Positions 12,030 to 25,338 of a stretch of 64,000 nt of DNA are shown piece after piece. Origin of the DNA: Schmidtea nova (Eukaryota); NCBI GenBank assembly GCA_044892505.1, contig CM097882.1, forward strand, positions 495,566,001 to 495,630,000, read 5' to 3'. The notes under the pieces are model-generated. The model saw nothing but the letters and a program-made list of their open reading frames with translations, ran no database searches and was not told the origin of the DNA. Within the stretch, counting starts at the first letter, position 1, and each line of letters starts with the position of its first letter. Both the position numbers and the translations under genes were made by a program.

Positions 12030-12700
12030 GTGCCCGAGAGAGTCACCGATTTATGTTGGGACACTCGGGGTGTATGCTTATATACTTTTGTGTGCATGCG
12101 TGCATGCGTGCGTGTGTATATAGTGTATGCTGTTTAAAAAACGAAATTAACACAACAAAATAAATAAATAATGTAACGAATTAAATATTATACAAATTTT
12201 TATTTAGCAGAAAATGTTTTTAAAAAGGACTTAAAACCACGAAATGTTACTTGTATTTAAATTTTTGTTTCTTTAGGATGAGTTTAGACTTTATCTTCTT
12301 GGGATAATCTTCTTCTGTAATTTTTTCTGTAATTTGTTTCGTTATAATTAGAAAGGTAAATAACTTTCTTTAGGATGAGTTTAGGATTTATCTTCTTAGG
12401 ATAAATCTTAGGATAATCTTCTTCTGTAATTCGTTCTGTAATTTGTTTTTCTTTAGGATGAATTTAGGATTGTGAATAAATTTGTCAATGGAAAGTTTCC
12501 CACAATAGTTTTTAAATTTCTAAATTTTTAATCGTTTGTATTTTTTTTATTTGGCTTAAATTTTTTCGCTTATTATTTCCAATCAATTTTCTATAGTTTT
12601 TTTTCTATAGTAAATTATTAATTATTTAAATTCTAAATTTGAATTTTATAATTATAACTTTAAGCATTATTACAAAAATAGAAAAGGGGGGGTACAACGC
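12030..12700 (-). mobile_element. Putative relic U5/PBS junction of a related LTR element
   Basis: Sense strand ...CCCCGAGTGTCCCAACA|TAAAT CGGTGACTCTCTCGGG mirrors the LTR-end/spacer/PBS layout at 48854-48885; near-identical motif at 53735-53786. Confidence 0.45.
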
Positions 12701-12804
12701 TTTTACAATAGTAATCACAATCACAGATAATAATAAAACAATAAAGACAATAATAAACAATAACAACAATAATAAAATACGACATTAACATATATATACA
12801 ATTA

Positions 12805-12848
<44 letters not shown>

Positions 12849-13356
12849 ATTTTTTAATAAATAAAATAACAGATTTAAAATTTTAATACACAAAATATCG
12901 AACATCATTATTATTGTGAGAAATAACATTTATCGATATAAGCTAATGGACTTAGATATTTAGTAAGCCTTTGTTTAACCACATCATTTTGGTCAGTTTT
13001 CTTTTGCTTTGATCATTAAGATGATCATTAAGAGTATTTGGATTTCATCATCAGCAATTTTATAAGTTTTATGTTTTGCATTTTTATTTACGTATTTTTG
13101 TGTAACCCCAACATTTTTGTTTAGGTTTTAATCGAATTGATTTTGCGTGAAAAATTAACTATTCTTACATACATTATTTGATTTTCAACTTTTACTATTT
13201 CATCACACATAGGAATCTCATATTTCTCAATTAACATTTGACTATGTTCAAATACACACTTCTTATTTGATACACTTCTTATGTTTGTATAATAAACTAC
13301 TCAACTTTAAAAATGCATCTCCTGTTTTATGAAAAATTCAACCTGTTTGTCTTGTT

Positions 13357-16118
13357 CAGGCCTGGCCAACCCAAATCGCTCTGCGGGCCAACTTTTTTAT
13401 CCAAAATTTTATGCGGGCTATATAATATACGAAAACCCCAATTTTTATTGAAATATTTGTTTGAATTATTTCAGTACATAGATTTATTTGAACCATTCCA
13501 AGAAAAACATCTATTTTTATATTTACACTAGATTTTTTTTATTGTTTCAAGAACATTTTTATTGAACCATTTATTTTTATTATTTCACTACACTTAATTA
13601 TAATATTTATTAATGAGATGTTTGCTTTTCTTTGCGATCGCTCAATGCTTTTAAATCTACATCAATTTGGCTACATCGTAATTGGCTTTCAAGGTTTTCG
13701 TCTGTTAATGAAGCGCGAAATTTACTTTTGGTAAATTTCATTTTTGAAAAAAAGGCTTCACAAACATATGTAGATCCGAAGGCGCTTACAATTTTTTGAG
13801 CGAATAATCTTAAGTTAGGATACCTTTCTGCTGTTATATACGTGTTGTAGAATTCGATTTTTGATGTCGTCTTATGAACCTGCTTCAACTCATTGTTACA
13901 CTGCAAATTAATTATTTCCATCTGTAAAGCTTCTGGAACAGTGAAAGCGTCAACTTGAAATGGTGAAGAAAATATCTCAAACGTTTTGTCATATTTTGTA
14001 AGTTCTGAGAAACGACGAGTAAATGCAGCTGAAAGTTTTATAATTTCATCAGCGTACTTTGCAAAATTAATAGCTTGACTGCTATTAAATTCTTTTAATA
14101 ACGGAAAATGGTGAAGATTGTTATTTCGAAGTTGGGACTCAAATAAAATTAGCTTGGTTTGGAATGCTTTGATATGATTACAAGCATCAATAATTAAATT
14201 ATCTTGCCCCTGTAACTCCTTGTTTAGCTGGTTAATTTTTTCGGTTATATCTACTAAAAAGCACAGGTCCAACAACCACATATCGTCATTTAAATTTGAA
14301 ACTGGAGTTCCCTCTTCAGCCATAAAATTTTCTATTTCCACCCGTAATTCAAAAAATCTTTTTAAACATGTTCCGCGACTCAACCATCTAACTTTGGTAA
14401 AGCAGACAATATCGCCGTATTCCGAACTTAATTCGTCAAGGTATGCTCTGAACTTGCGATGCTGAAGTGCATGTGATCGAATATAGCTAACTGTTTTTAT
14501 TACCACATCCATGACATGGTTCATGGACAATACCTGGGCACATAAATTTTGCTGATGTATCAAACAGTGTATTACAAATATTTCACTGGGTTTAACAAAT
14601 GTAGCTTCAAGTTCATCCATAAACAACTTTACGGTTCCTTTATTTTTACCAATCATAGCAGGCGCACCATCCGTTGTTAGTCCAGAAAGCTTCTCTAAAT
14701 GTAAAGAATTACAGGATAAACATTTTTTATAACGTGGAAAACATCCTCTCCTCTAGTGGTGTCTTTCAAATTTAAAAGATTTAACATTTCTTGTGTCACT
14801 CCGAAAGAATCGTTAACTCCACGAATAAATACAGCAAGTTGTGATGTATCTGAAATATCTGTACTTTCGTCGAAAGCTAGAGAATATGCTTTGAATTGTT
14901 GAATCCGCTCTCGTAAAGTCACCACTATTTCATCCGAAATATCATTAATGCGACGACAAATAGTTTGACGCGACAAACTTATGCACGAAATCATTTTATG
15001 TTTATCTGGCATAACATCTTCTATAACAGCTGCCAAACATTCTTTTACAAATTCTCCGTCCGAAAATGGTTTCATTTTCTTAGCGATTAACATTGCGACA
15101 GAGTAGCTTGCTTTAACAATATTAGAAGGTAGTTGTAATGAAGAACTAAACATTTTCTGCTGAGATTTTAATTCGGATTTTAGCTCGGCCAATTTAATTT
15201 TTCTCAATTCACTATTAAATTTCACATACACGTCGTGTTTCGTTTCATGATGTCTTTTAACATTGTATTCCTTAAAAACAGCTATTGTATCTCGGCAAAT
15301 CAAACATGTTAATTTTGAGTTCTGCATTATAAAGAAATAATTTTCTTCCCAATGATCGCTGTATTTTCTGTTTTCTTCTGAAACTCTTCTTTTTTTGGAA
15401 TTCATTCTAAAGGCCATGTATAATTATTCAAAATAAGTGCATTTACTGTTACTTACTTATTTATTTAATTTTTCTGGTATAGAAATATAATTAATTAGAT
15501 TTTTTATATTACTTTTTTTTGTGTTATATAATTTGATATTGTTTATCACTTAAAAATACGCCACTTCATATCTTAACAAAAACAAAGCCAAACTAAAAAA
15601 GTTTTTCAATAATTGTCGCCATCTTTAGTTATATTTTTCTGGCAAAGCCTACTATATAAATATTTTTGAATTACTCGTTTAAATTTTTTACTTATGAATA
15701 AATATATATGCACGGAAAACGGATTTTTCTGCCAACTGAGAAAACGGATTTTTTACAAAAAAGTATACTGTGTGTCCATTTCATTACATAAAACAAAAAT
15801 GTTTACAACAATTTTATTACACGTAAAAATATGCAATCAAATAAAAACCAATGAAGATTATGAATATAAACTTTTCACAAAACAAAAATTATAATGAGAC
15901 GGACTAAAAAACATAACAAAAACATTTTAATATTGAATTTTGTAGTCAATTTTTTTCTAAAAAGTCTGTATTTAATAATTTGGGTAGATTTTGTAATATA
16001 TTTATTTTTTTATAGATTCTGTAAAAAAATTTTACCGCGAATAATAATCATGCCACGGGCCGCAAAATATACACAAAGGGCCGCATGCGGCCCGCGGGCC
16101 GCGGGTTGGCCACGCCTG
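13357..16118 (-). mobile_element. Full-length hAT DNA transposon (SPIN/GTF2IRD2-like)
   Basis: TIRs CAGGCCTGGCCAACC (13357) and GGTTGGCCACGCCTG (ends 16118), 14/15 match; perfect 8-bp TSD GTCTTGTT (13349-13356, 16119-16126); internal transposase. Confidence 0.96.
13610..15417 (-). pseudogene. hAT transposase split by a 1-nt frameshift (ORFs 14695-15417 and 13610-14656)
   Basis: BED-like CLIC..HHETKH, LAFDESTD, TTDGAPAM, HCLIHQ, VRWLSRG, FGSTYVCEAFFS. Adding one T to the T6 run at 14723-14728 fuses both ORFs (IKKCLSCNSLHLEKLSGLTTDGAPAM). Confidence 0.92.
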
Positions 16119-17609
16119 GTCTTGTTAATAAATTTTTAGATTTAAAATCAATAGTGATCACTTGTAAATTGCAATATTACATATATACCGATTAAACATT
16201 TAGCATGATTCATCATTAAGTGCACATGATGACTTATTTTTTTATTTCAAATAACTATTTTAGATTCTACCTTGCCAATAATCTTTTTATATAGTTGATT
16301 TTGGAATATTTTTAGAAGGCTTTGTTAAGAATAAGGCCAAATTTTGTTAATATCTTAAATCTGTTGTTTCAATTTTAATTTAATTTACTATAATTCAATT
16401 TATTCTTGATTTAATTAATAACAAACTTCAATCTTAAATTATTTTCAACTAGTATAATCCATCTTCAAGCATGACAGGAAAAGTTAAAATGATAATAAAA
16501 ATAAAGTTAACTTTTTGTAAATTTAATTTTTAAAATTTTTCAAGTAACTTAAGTTAAATTTTAAATGTCAAAAATTTCCTTAGATATATGATTAATATTA
16601 TATAGTTTTAAAGAATTTGGACCCCTTGAAGGTTTTAAGACCTTTGACGGTTTAGAACTCACCAAAAATCTTCGAAGGTATCACCACCATACTTACCTCT
16701 CAATTACCTTTTGAATGATATATTATAAGGTTTGAAAAAAATTGAAGGTTTTCGACCTTTTGAAGGTCCAGCACCCAGCTTTGACCTTCGAGGGTATGAC
16801 CATCACTTGCACCTCTCGATGACCTTTCGAATGATACATTCATTTTTACTTATTTTATATATAATATATATTTCGATAACTATCATTCTCATCTTCAGGT
16901 GCTTTCAGTTCAACATCAAAATATCTAATGACCAAGTAAATATATTAATTACCAAACGCATTATCATCAATTGATAATGTTCTAAAACTCGGGTACAGGG
17001 AAGTCTTTTCCAACATAAATGGCAGTTCGCCTATAACAAAATAAATTAAACGAGTATAGAACAAAGTTCAAAAAACCTGACAATCGTCAAAAACCACACC
17101 AGGTAATTTACTTATATTGCAAAATTTGAAGGAAACGAACAAAAAATTTAATATTCATTGACACAAATATGATTGAAATTAACACTCATTTTCTTTTCCA
17201 AGGCATATGCCATTTCACTCATTACATTTGAAAAAATAAATGTAAACAGAACAAATAGAAAAAGAAAAATTGTGGATACTTCAATAACCACACTAATTAA
17301 TTAACCAACAATGCAATTCGATAAACGTTTAGAACAAGTGTTAAACTCAAAATTCAATCGATATATTGATTTATAATATAAAACTTTATACATGACTATA
17401 AAAAATATTTGTCACCCTGAACATAAAATAATACGCTTCATGTGAATACGCTTTTCAATCTTCAATTCTTGAATATAAATATTTTTTTTGATAAATAAAT
17501 CGAACATCTTCAACCTTGATAATTATCCATACATACGCACCGAAGGATTATCATTTGTCAAAAAATACATACTCATACAAACATACCACCGAAATAATTA
17601 ATAACAAAA

Positions 17610-20600
17610 GCCAATTTGAAATTTTATACCACACTATATTTCGAGAACATCATTCTATTCGTAAGGTGTTTTCAGTTCAACATCAAAATATCTAATAACC
17701 AAATAACCAAACAGGTTTATAGTAATTTCTATTTTCGGGAATCATATTCTTCAAATGTAAAATTCTACTTTCAAATTTCTTATCCATTTTACTCTCGACC
17801 CGAGCCGGAGGGAATGGAGTGTATTCTTTATTGCCCCTAATGTGATATGGTTTCTTTCTTTTAACATTCTTTTTCTTCGGTTTTGGCGACAAAAGTCTTT
17901 ACCAGACATTTCTGGCTCTTCAGAAAATGCATTTATGATTTGAAGTCTTTTCAAATTAAAAATCGGATGAATATTCTCAATAAAACATCCTTCGACCAAA
18001 ATTCGAACTCGATGAAGATTCGAGTGTTCACCAATTACAAAAACAGTTTTACCAGATGGTAAAATTTTACAACTTAATTTTTTGTCGATCAATTCTTTTA
18101 TTTCTGGGTTATGTAATCGAGATCTTCGTTTTAGTACTAGAGGATAGCTAGCTATCAATATATCAAGCCAGATATCCAAGAAATATGCATACCGCGATAA
18201 ATATTTTTTTCTATTTTTTGCATAACCTTCCATAATTTTTAAATGACGTAATTATATAAATTTTCCCCAAAAATTGCCTAATTGTCCATTTTTATTCAGT
18301 AATTTTCATATAAAAATACATCAATTGCATAATATTTTAAAAAATCTATATATTTTATGATCTAACATTAATATAAATTTATTACGGATACTATATACAA
18401 TTTATACAATTGTTCACAATAATATATATCTATCCATACAGTTATTACATAATATAACGCCAATTCAAAATTATATTCCACACTATATTTCAAGAACATC
18501 ATTCTATTCGTAAGGTGTTTTCAGTTCAACATCAAAATATCTAATAACCAAATAACCAAACAGGTTTATAGTAATTTCTATTTTCGGGAATCGTATTCTT
18601 CAAATGTTAAATTCTACTTTCAAATTTCTTATCCATTTTACTCTCGACCCGAGTCGGAGGGAATGGAGTGTATTCTTTATTGCCCCTAATGTGATATGGT
18701 TTCTTTCTTTTAACATTCTTTTTCTTCGGTTTTGGCGACAAAAGTCTTTACCAGACATTTCTGGCTCTTCAGAAAATGCATTTATGATTTGAAGTCTTTT
18801 CAAATTAAAAATCGGATGAATATTCTCAATAAAACATCCTTCGACTAATATTCGAACTTGATGAAGATTCGAGTGTTCACCAATTACAAAAACAGTTTTA
18901 CCAGATGGTAAAATTTACAACTTAATTTTTTGTCGATCAATTCTTTTATTTCTGGGTTATGTAATCGAGATCTTCGTTTTAGTACTAGAGGATAGCTAGC
19001 TATCAATATATCAAGCCAGATATCCAAGAAATATGCATACCGCGATAAATATTTTTTCTATTTTTTGCATAACCTTCCATAATTTTTAAATGACGTAATT
19101 ATATAAAATTTCCCCAAAAATTGCCTAATTGTCCATTTTATTGAGTAATTTTCATATAAAAATACATCAATTGCATAATATTTAAAAAAATCTATATATT
19201 TTATGATTTAACATTAATATACATTTATTACGGATACTATATACAATTTATACAATTGTTCACAATAATATATATCTATCCATACAGTTATTACATAATA
19301 TAACGCCAATTCAAAATTATATTCCACACTATAGTTCAAGAACATCATTCTATTCGTAAAGTGCTTTCAGTTCAACATCAAAATATCTAATAACCAAATA
19401 ACCAAACAGGTTTATAGTAATTTCTATTTTCGGGAATCGTATTCGTCAACTGTAAAATTCCACTTTCAAGTTCCTTATCCATTTTACTCTCGACCCGAGC
19501 CGGAGGGATTGGAGTGTATTCTTTATTGCCCCTTATGTGATAGGGTTTCTTTCTTTTAACATTCTTTTTCTTCGGTTTTGGAGACAAAAGTCTTTACCAG
19601 ACATTTCTGGCTCTTTAGAAAATGCATTTATGATTTGAAGTCTTTTCAAATTAAAAATCGGATGAATATTCTCAATAAAACATCCTTCGACTAATATTCG
19701 AACTCGATGAAGATTCGATGAAGATTCTTTTAACATTCTTTTTCTTCGGTTTTGGAGACAAAAGTCTTTACCAGACATTTCTGGCTCTTTAGAAAATGCA
19801 TTTATGATTTGAAGTCTTTTCAAATTAAAAATCGGATGAATATTCTCAATAAAACATCCTTCGACCAAAATTCGAACTCGATGAAGATTCGAGTGTTCAC
19901 CAATTACAAAAACAGTTTTACCAGATGGTAAAATTTTACAACTTAATTTTTTGTCGATCAATTCTTTTATTTCTGGGTTATGTAATCGAGATCTTCGTTT
20001 TAGTACTAGAGGATAGCTAGCTATCAATATATCAAGCCAGATATCCAAGAAATATACATACTGCGATAAATATTTTTTCTATTTTTTGCATAACCTTCCA
20101 TAATTTTTAAATGACGTAATTATATAAATTTTCCCCAAAAATTGCCTAATTGTCCATTTTTATTCAGTAATTTTCATATAAAAATACATCAATTGCATAA
20201 TATTTTAAAAAATCTATATATTTTATGATCTAACATTAATATAAATTTATTACGGATACTATATACAATTTATACAATTGTTCACAATAATATCTATCTA
20301 TCCATACAGTTATTACATAATATAACGCCAATTCAAAATTATATTCCACACTATATTTCAAGAACATCATTCTATTCGTAAGGTGTTTTCAGTTCAACAT
20401 CAAAATATCTAATAACCAAATAACCAAACAGGTTTATAGTAATTTCTATTTTCGGGAATCGTATTCTTCAAATGTAAAATTCCACTTTCAAGTTCCTTAT
20501 CCATTTTACTCTCGACCCGAGCCGGAGGGAATGGAGTGTATTCTTTATTGCCCCTAATATGATAGGGTTTCTTTATTTTAACATTCTTTTTCTTTGTTTT

Positions 20601-22065
20601 TGGCGATAAAAGTCTTTTCCAGACATTTCTGGCTCTTTAGAAAATGCATTTATGATTTGAAGTCTTTTCAAATTAAAAATCGGATGAATATTCTCAATAA
20701 AACATCCTTCGACTAATATTCGAACTTGATGAAGATTCGAGTGTTCACCAATTACAAAAACAGTTTTACCAGATGGTAAAATTTACAACTTAATTTTTTG
20801 TCGATCAATTCTTTTATTTCTGGGTTATGTAATCGAGATCTTCGTTTTAGTACTAGAGGATAGCTAGCTATCAATATATCAAGCCAGATATCCAAGAAAT
20901 ATGCATACCGCGATAAATATTTTTTCTATTTTTTGCATAACCTTCCATAATTTTTAAATGACGTAATTATATAAAATTTCCCCAAAAATTGCCTAATTGT
21001 CCATTTTATTGAGTAATTTTCATATAAAAATACATCAATTGCATAATATTTAAAAAAATCTATATATTTTATGATTTAACATTAATATACATTTATTACG
21101 GATACTATATACAATTTATACAATTGTTCACAATAATATATATCTATCCATACAGTTATTACATAATATAACGCCAATTCAAAATTATATTCCACACTAT
21201 AGTTCAAGAACATCATTCTATTCGTAAAGTGCTTTCAGTTCAACATCAAAATATCTAATAACCAAATAACCAAACAGGTTTATAGTAATTTCTATTTTCG
21301 GGAATCGTATTCGTCAACTGTAAAATTCCACTTTCAAGTTCCTTATCCATTTTACTCTCGACCCGAGCCGGAGGGATTGGAGTGTATTCTTTATTGCCCC
21401 TTATGTGATAGGGTTTCTTTCTTTTAACATTCTTTTTCTTCGGTTTTGGAGACAAAAGTCTTTACCAGACATTTCTGGCTCTTTAGAAAATGCATTTATG
21501 ATTTGAAGTCTTTTCAAATTAAAAATCGGATGAATATTCTCAATAAAACATCCTTCGACTAATATTCGAACTCGATGAAGATTCGATGAAGATTCTTTTA
21601 ACATTCTTTTTCTTCGGTTTTGGAGACAAAAGTCTTTACCAGACATTTCTGGCTCTTTAGAAAATGCATTTATGATTTGAAGTCTTTTCAAATTAAAAAT
21701 CGGATGAATATTCTCAATAAAACATCCTTCGACCAAAATTCGAACTCGATGAAGATTCGAGTGTTCACCAATTACAAAAACAGTTTTACCAGATGGTAAA
21801 ATTTTACAACTTAATTTTTTGTCGATCAATTCTTTTATTTCTGGGTTATGTAATCGAGATCTTCGTTTTAGTACTAGAGGATAGCTAGCTATCAATATAT
21901 CAAGCCAGATATCCAAGAAATATACATACTGCGATAAATATTTTTTCTATTTTCTGCATACCCTTCCATAATTTTTTAAATGACGTAATTTTATAAATTT
22001 TCCCCAAAAATTGCCTAATTGTCCATTTTTATTGAGTAATTTTCATTGTAAAAATACATCAATTT
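17610..22065. repeat. Tandem array of ~846-bp units with a 1868-bp higher-order repeat
   Basis: Units start at 17610, 18459, 19305, 20327 and 21173. Units 3 and 5 share a ~174-bp internal duplication. Identical track ORFs are offset by 1868 (19387/21255, 19533/21401). Confidence 0.93.
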
Positions 22066-23149
22066 CATTATATTTATTTCGGCCTATGCCTGCGCATGAA
22101 TGGTGGTGTTGTTGGCGCTTGTGTGAGCATTGCCTTTGTATATTTTTAGTTTTTAATTGTTATGGATTTTAGGAATTGATTAGTGTTTTTTGAGTATTAT
22201 GAATTTTATGATTATGATGATTTAAGTTAAAAAGTAATATAAATTACTAATTAACAAAGGTCTTTTTTAAATATATTAACATTTGGTTGTTTTTTTTTTG
22301 GTTTTTTTTTCTACAAATTATTTGTTATTCAAAGTTTTTTATTTCAAGTATCACAACTTTACCACTAGAAAAAAATGTTGACACATAGTGGATCATATTT
22401 TTGAATTCGTAACACAGGGAATATTTCAGATTCAAATATGCATTTGACTTTACATTGTAAATCATATAAATTAATAAATTCATCAATATCAAAAGTCCAC
22501 AATAATTGATTGAATTTGTAAATTTTAATTTTTTTTGAAGTGGTTGTTTACACCCTATTATCCTGCCTTTTCCAGATTTGAAAAATAAAATTTGGTATTC
22601 TCTACTTCTATCAATTATTTGTTGTAGTTTTCCAATCGGAAATTTCATCTCATCGACTGAACATCTTCTTTTATAGTTGACATTTCTCAACATTTTCACT
22701 ATCAAATAAAAACAAATTGAATAACTAAAGCAAGGGTTCCCAAAGTTTTTCTATTTTTAATATTATCGAATTTTTTGGCGGACTAAAAAACGGAATAAAA
22801 TCAAAACAATAACTACGACTTTTTTGTTTTAAATATATTTAACTATTTCTTATTTTTTACTAGTATGCTAAATTTAATATAAATATAAATCTTTAATTAT
22901 ATATTTATTAAAACAAAAAAAATAGCTGAAATCCATTTTTGTTATATAATAATATAAATCTTTAACTGTAACAACAATTATTATAAAATCACACAATTTA
23001 TTAACACGAAAGTAAAATCACTCTTATTGTAAATACAGAACTATAACTATAGCTGCAAGTATTACAAACTAATAATCTATTATTTATTAACAAAAACAAA
23101 TGTAACAGGAACTCAACTTATAATTATAAATATAAATTTTTAAACATTG

Positions 23150-23874
23150 CAACAATGATTACAAACTAGTACTATTATTTACACTAACAAAAATAATGTG
23201 AATATAAAAACTTGTAATAAATTTATTCATTTGTATTGTGCAACTTGTGTAGTTGTTTTACTTTAATGATGTCATTAAACTTTGATTGTATTTCCGTAGA
23301 ATATATTCTTTATATTTCTTGTAAATGATTATCACTCAATTTTGATCTTAATTTCGACTTATTTATGCTCATAATTGAAAATGTTTTTCGCAAATATATG
23401 TGCTCCTAAATAATGAAAACATTTATTGAGCATGTTTTCGTATTTTCTGATAATTCACGCATGATAATCTTTTATAAAAACAATTAAGATATTGTTCCGA
23501 TAAGAATTCTTAGCGTCGATATTTTCCTGTAATTAAATTAATTCAAACTGTATGTCTTCAGAAACGTCACGCGGATTGCAAGAAAATGGATCTGAAAATA
23601 AAATGTAGTTGTCCGCATGACTCTTAAAATCATCAAAACGTTTGTCAAAATCTTCTAACAAACTCTGTATGATTTTGTTATACTTTTCCGATTGAAGAAT
23701 AACTGATGCCTCGGTATTTTCCTTTACTAATATTCCACATGTTTCAAAATGACAAAATTCACCAATTTGGAACTGTTCTTGTAATAAATGAAATTTTCTT
23801 TCCGTGGAATTTACATACCCAAGAAGATCACAAATAAGCTTACCATTACCTTGCTGTTTTAAATTTAATTCGTT
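23150..23874 (-). pseudogene. C-terminal half of a second SPIN/GTF2IRD2-like hAT transposase (left of the LTR insertion)
   Basis: Reads NELNLKQQGNGKLICDLLGYVNSTERKFHLLQEQ...FDKRFDDFK...FSDPFS, continuing the right-hand half across the TSD; later stops and frameshifts. Confidence 0.85.
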
Positions 23875-24389
23875 TGCTGGGATTATGGGTGGGTTTTTAA
23901 GTAATTCAAATAAATTATTAATTATTAATTGAACGACTATCGATGAGTACGTATACTAGGGATTTCCACGCCCATAACCATACATAACATGACTACTACA
24001 CGCGTATGCCCTTGACTATTCCCTACTAGTCAAGTTGGTACTGCATACGGTGGTGGAAAAATGATGGGCAGGTGAGCTTTGTTACCAAAACTACTCCCCA
24101 TTTATCTTCCCGCGGGTCCTTGCTGCCGATAGAAGGTCTTACGCATTTACATTCTAAGGATGTTCGTTTCTTACTGCATTTTATACTACATATCCTTATG
24201 ATCTATCATACGCTTTTCCCAATGACTTTCCTTAATTGATCTACAATGTAATTAATCAGTCTCGGCGTAGAAATGGTCGGTTTGAGAAAATTACGGATGC
24301 GGTTTTCTATTTCGATGATTTCCGTGTTGTTAATTTAATTTTATTTAGTAACCTCGCCCGATGAGAGACAAAATTCACACACAAATACT

Positions 24390-24395
24390 TTTATT
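24390..24395 (-). terminator. Candidate LTR polyadenylation signal AATAAA (copy at 49393-49398)
   Basis: AATAAA 40 nt after the stop of the 194-aa LTR ORF, followed by a GT-rich tract (gtatttgtgtgtg). Confidence 0.5.
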
Positions 24396-24435
24396 AGAAT
24401 ACTAAAACAGGTTGTTATTTTACATGGATGTTTTC

Positions 24436-25020
24436 CTAAGCGAATTCCAGACTAATCTCCTGGATTAACTCTGCTTCGGTTAAGGAGTTCAAGTGGTGGA
24501 TTTGTTCGTCCAGGCGCTTTGCAAATTCTCGGCGACGACGACGCTGTCGCGATCCCATTCGATGTTTTCGAAGCTGTGGGTTTATGATCGGTGCTGACGC
24601 TATTGTTCTCGGGGAATCACTGAGAAAAACAGGCAAATCTTCCGTTGTAAGAGAGGGGGCCATGATGATTCCCTCTTCCGTCCCGCAAGCGACATCTTGG
24701 TGGGTGCATTGTATCCAGCGCTGAGCCGTGATCGGCCGGATTAGCGCTCGCAATTCGGAGTCGATGTAACTTCTTGTTACTGCGTTCAGGCAATTTCGGA
24801 GTTCTCGCTGGACGGCATCCAGTTCCAATTTGGTTGTAGCCAATGCTTCCTGCACTCGCTCGAGTTTTTTCGACTGGTCCTTCATCTGTTCGGGCGAGAA
24901 CCACTTCGCTTTCAATTCATCATTGGCGACCGTGAGTCGCTTGATCTGTCGCTGCTGGTCCCTCAGCTTTCTCTCTTGAATTTGTCCCATGATTTTCTTC
25001 GAATTTTCTGAAGTCGGCAT
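24436..25020 (-). CDS. LTR-encoded 194-aa protein: coiled coil plus Arg-rich motif (identical copy 49439-50023)
   Basis: GC-rich ATG-initiated ORF inside an AT-rich LTR; heptad N-half; RKHRMGSRQRRRRREFAKR. Confidence 0.65.
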   Translation of the reverse strand: MPTSENSKKIMGQIQERKLRDQQRQIKRLTVANDELKAKWFSPEQMKDQSKKLERVQEALATTKLELDAVQRELRNCLNAVTRSYIDSELRALIRPITAQRWIQCTHQDVACGTEEGIIMAPSLTTEDLPVFLSDSPRTIASAPIINPQLRKHRMGSRQRRRRREFAKRLDEQIHHLNSLTEAELIQEISLEFA

Positions 25021-25338
25021 GTTGTCTGAAGATTATAACGATAAATTCACTGGAGGGCCTATCAACAATGTTATTTTATTTAAACAACTATTATTATTAT
25101 TAAACGAGATGTATACTAATGTTTTTAATTATTGATTTCTTTGCAAAATTATTTAACTATCTAATTATTGAAGGCTCAAAAGATTTACTGAATTAACTTG
25201 AGATTATTAAATGAATTTCCTAATGACTATAACAACTACAATACTAAAACTACATGACAACACTATAAACAAAATGAGACACTTCAGAATTTTTAAAAAA
25301 CATTTATTAAACTCAAAAATAGGTGGCCATTTATTCAA

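Noticed and set aside
16615-16830. Degenerate palindromic GACCTTTGAAGGT repeats
   Set aside because: They are short and irregular; possibly TE subterminal repeats, but there is no supporting TIR or TSD.
17692-21916. ORFs in the tandem array as an NTPase (SGK motif) or transposase
   Set aside because: The sequence reads SGKDF, not a Walker A GKT/S. No catalytic motifs were recognised and ORF ends vary between units.
22731-22750. CAAGGGTTCCCAAAG as the left TIR of the interrupted hAT
   Set aside because: It resembles hAT termini, but I could not find a matching right TIR or 8-bp TSD beyond 53336, so the boundary is not called.
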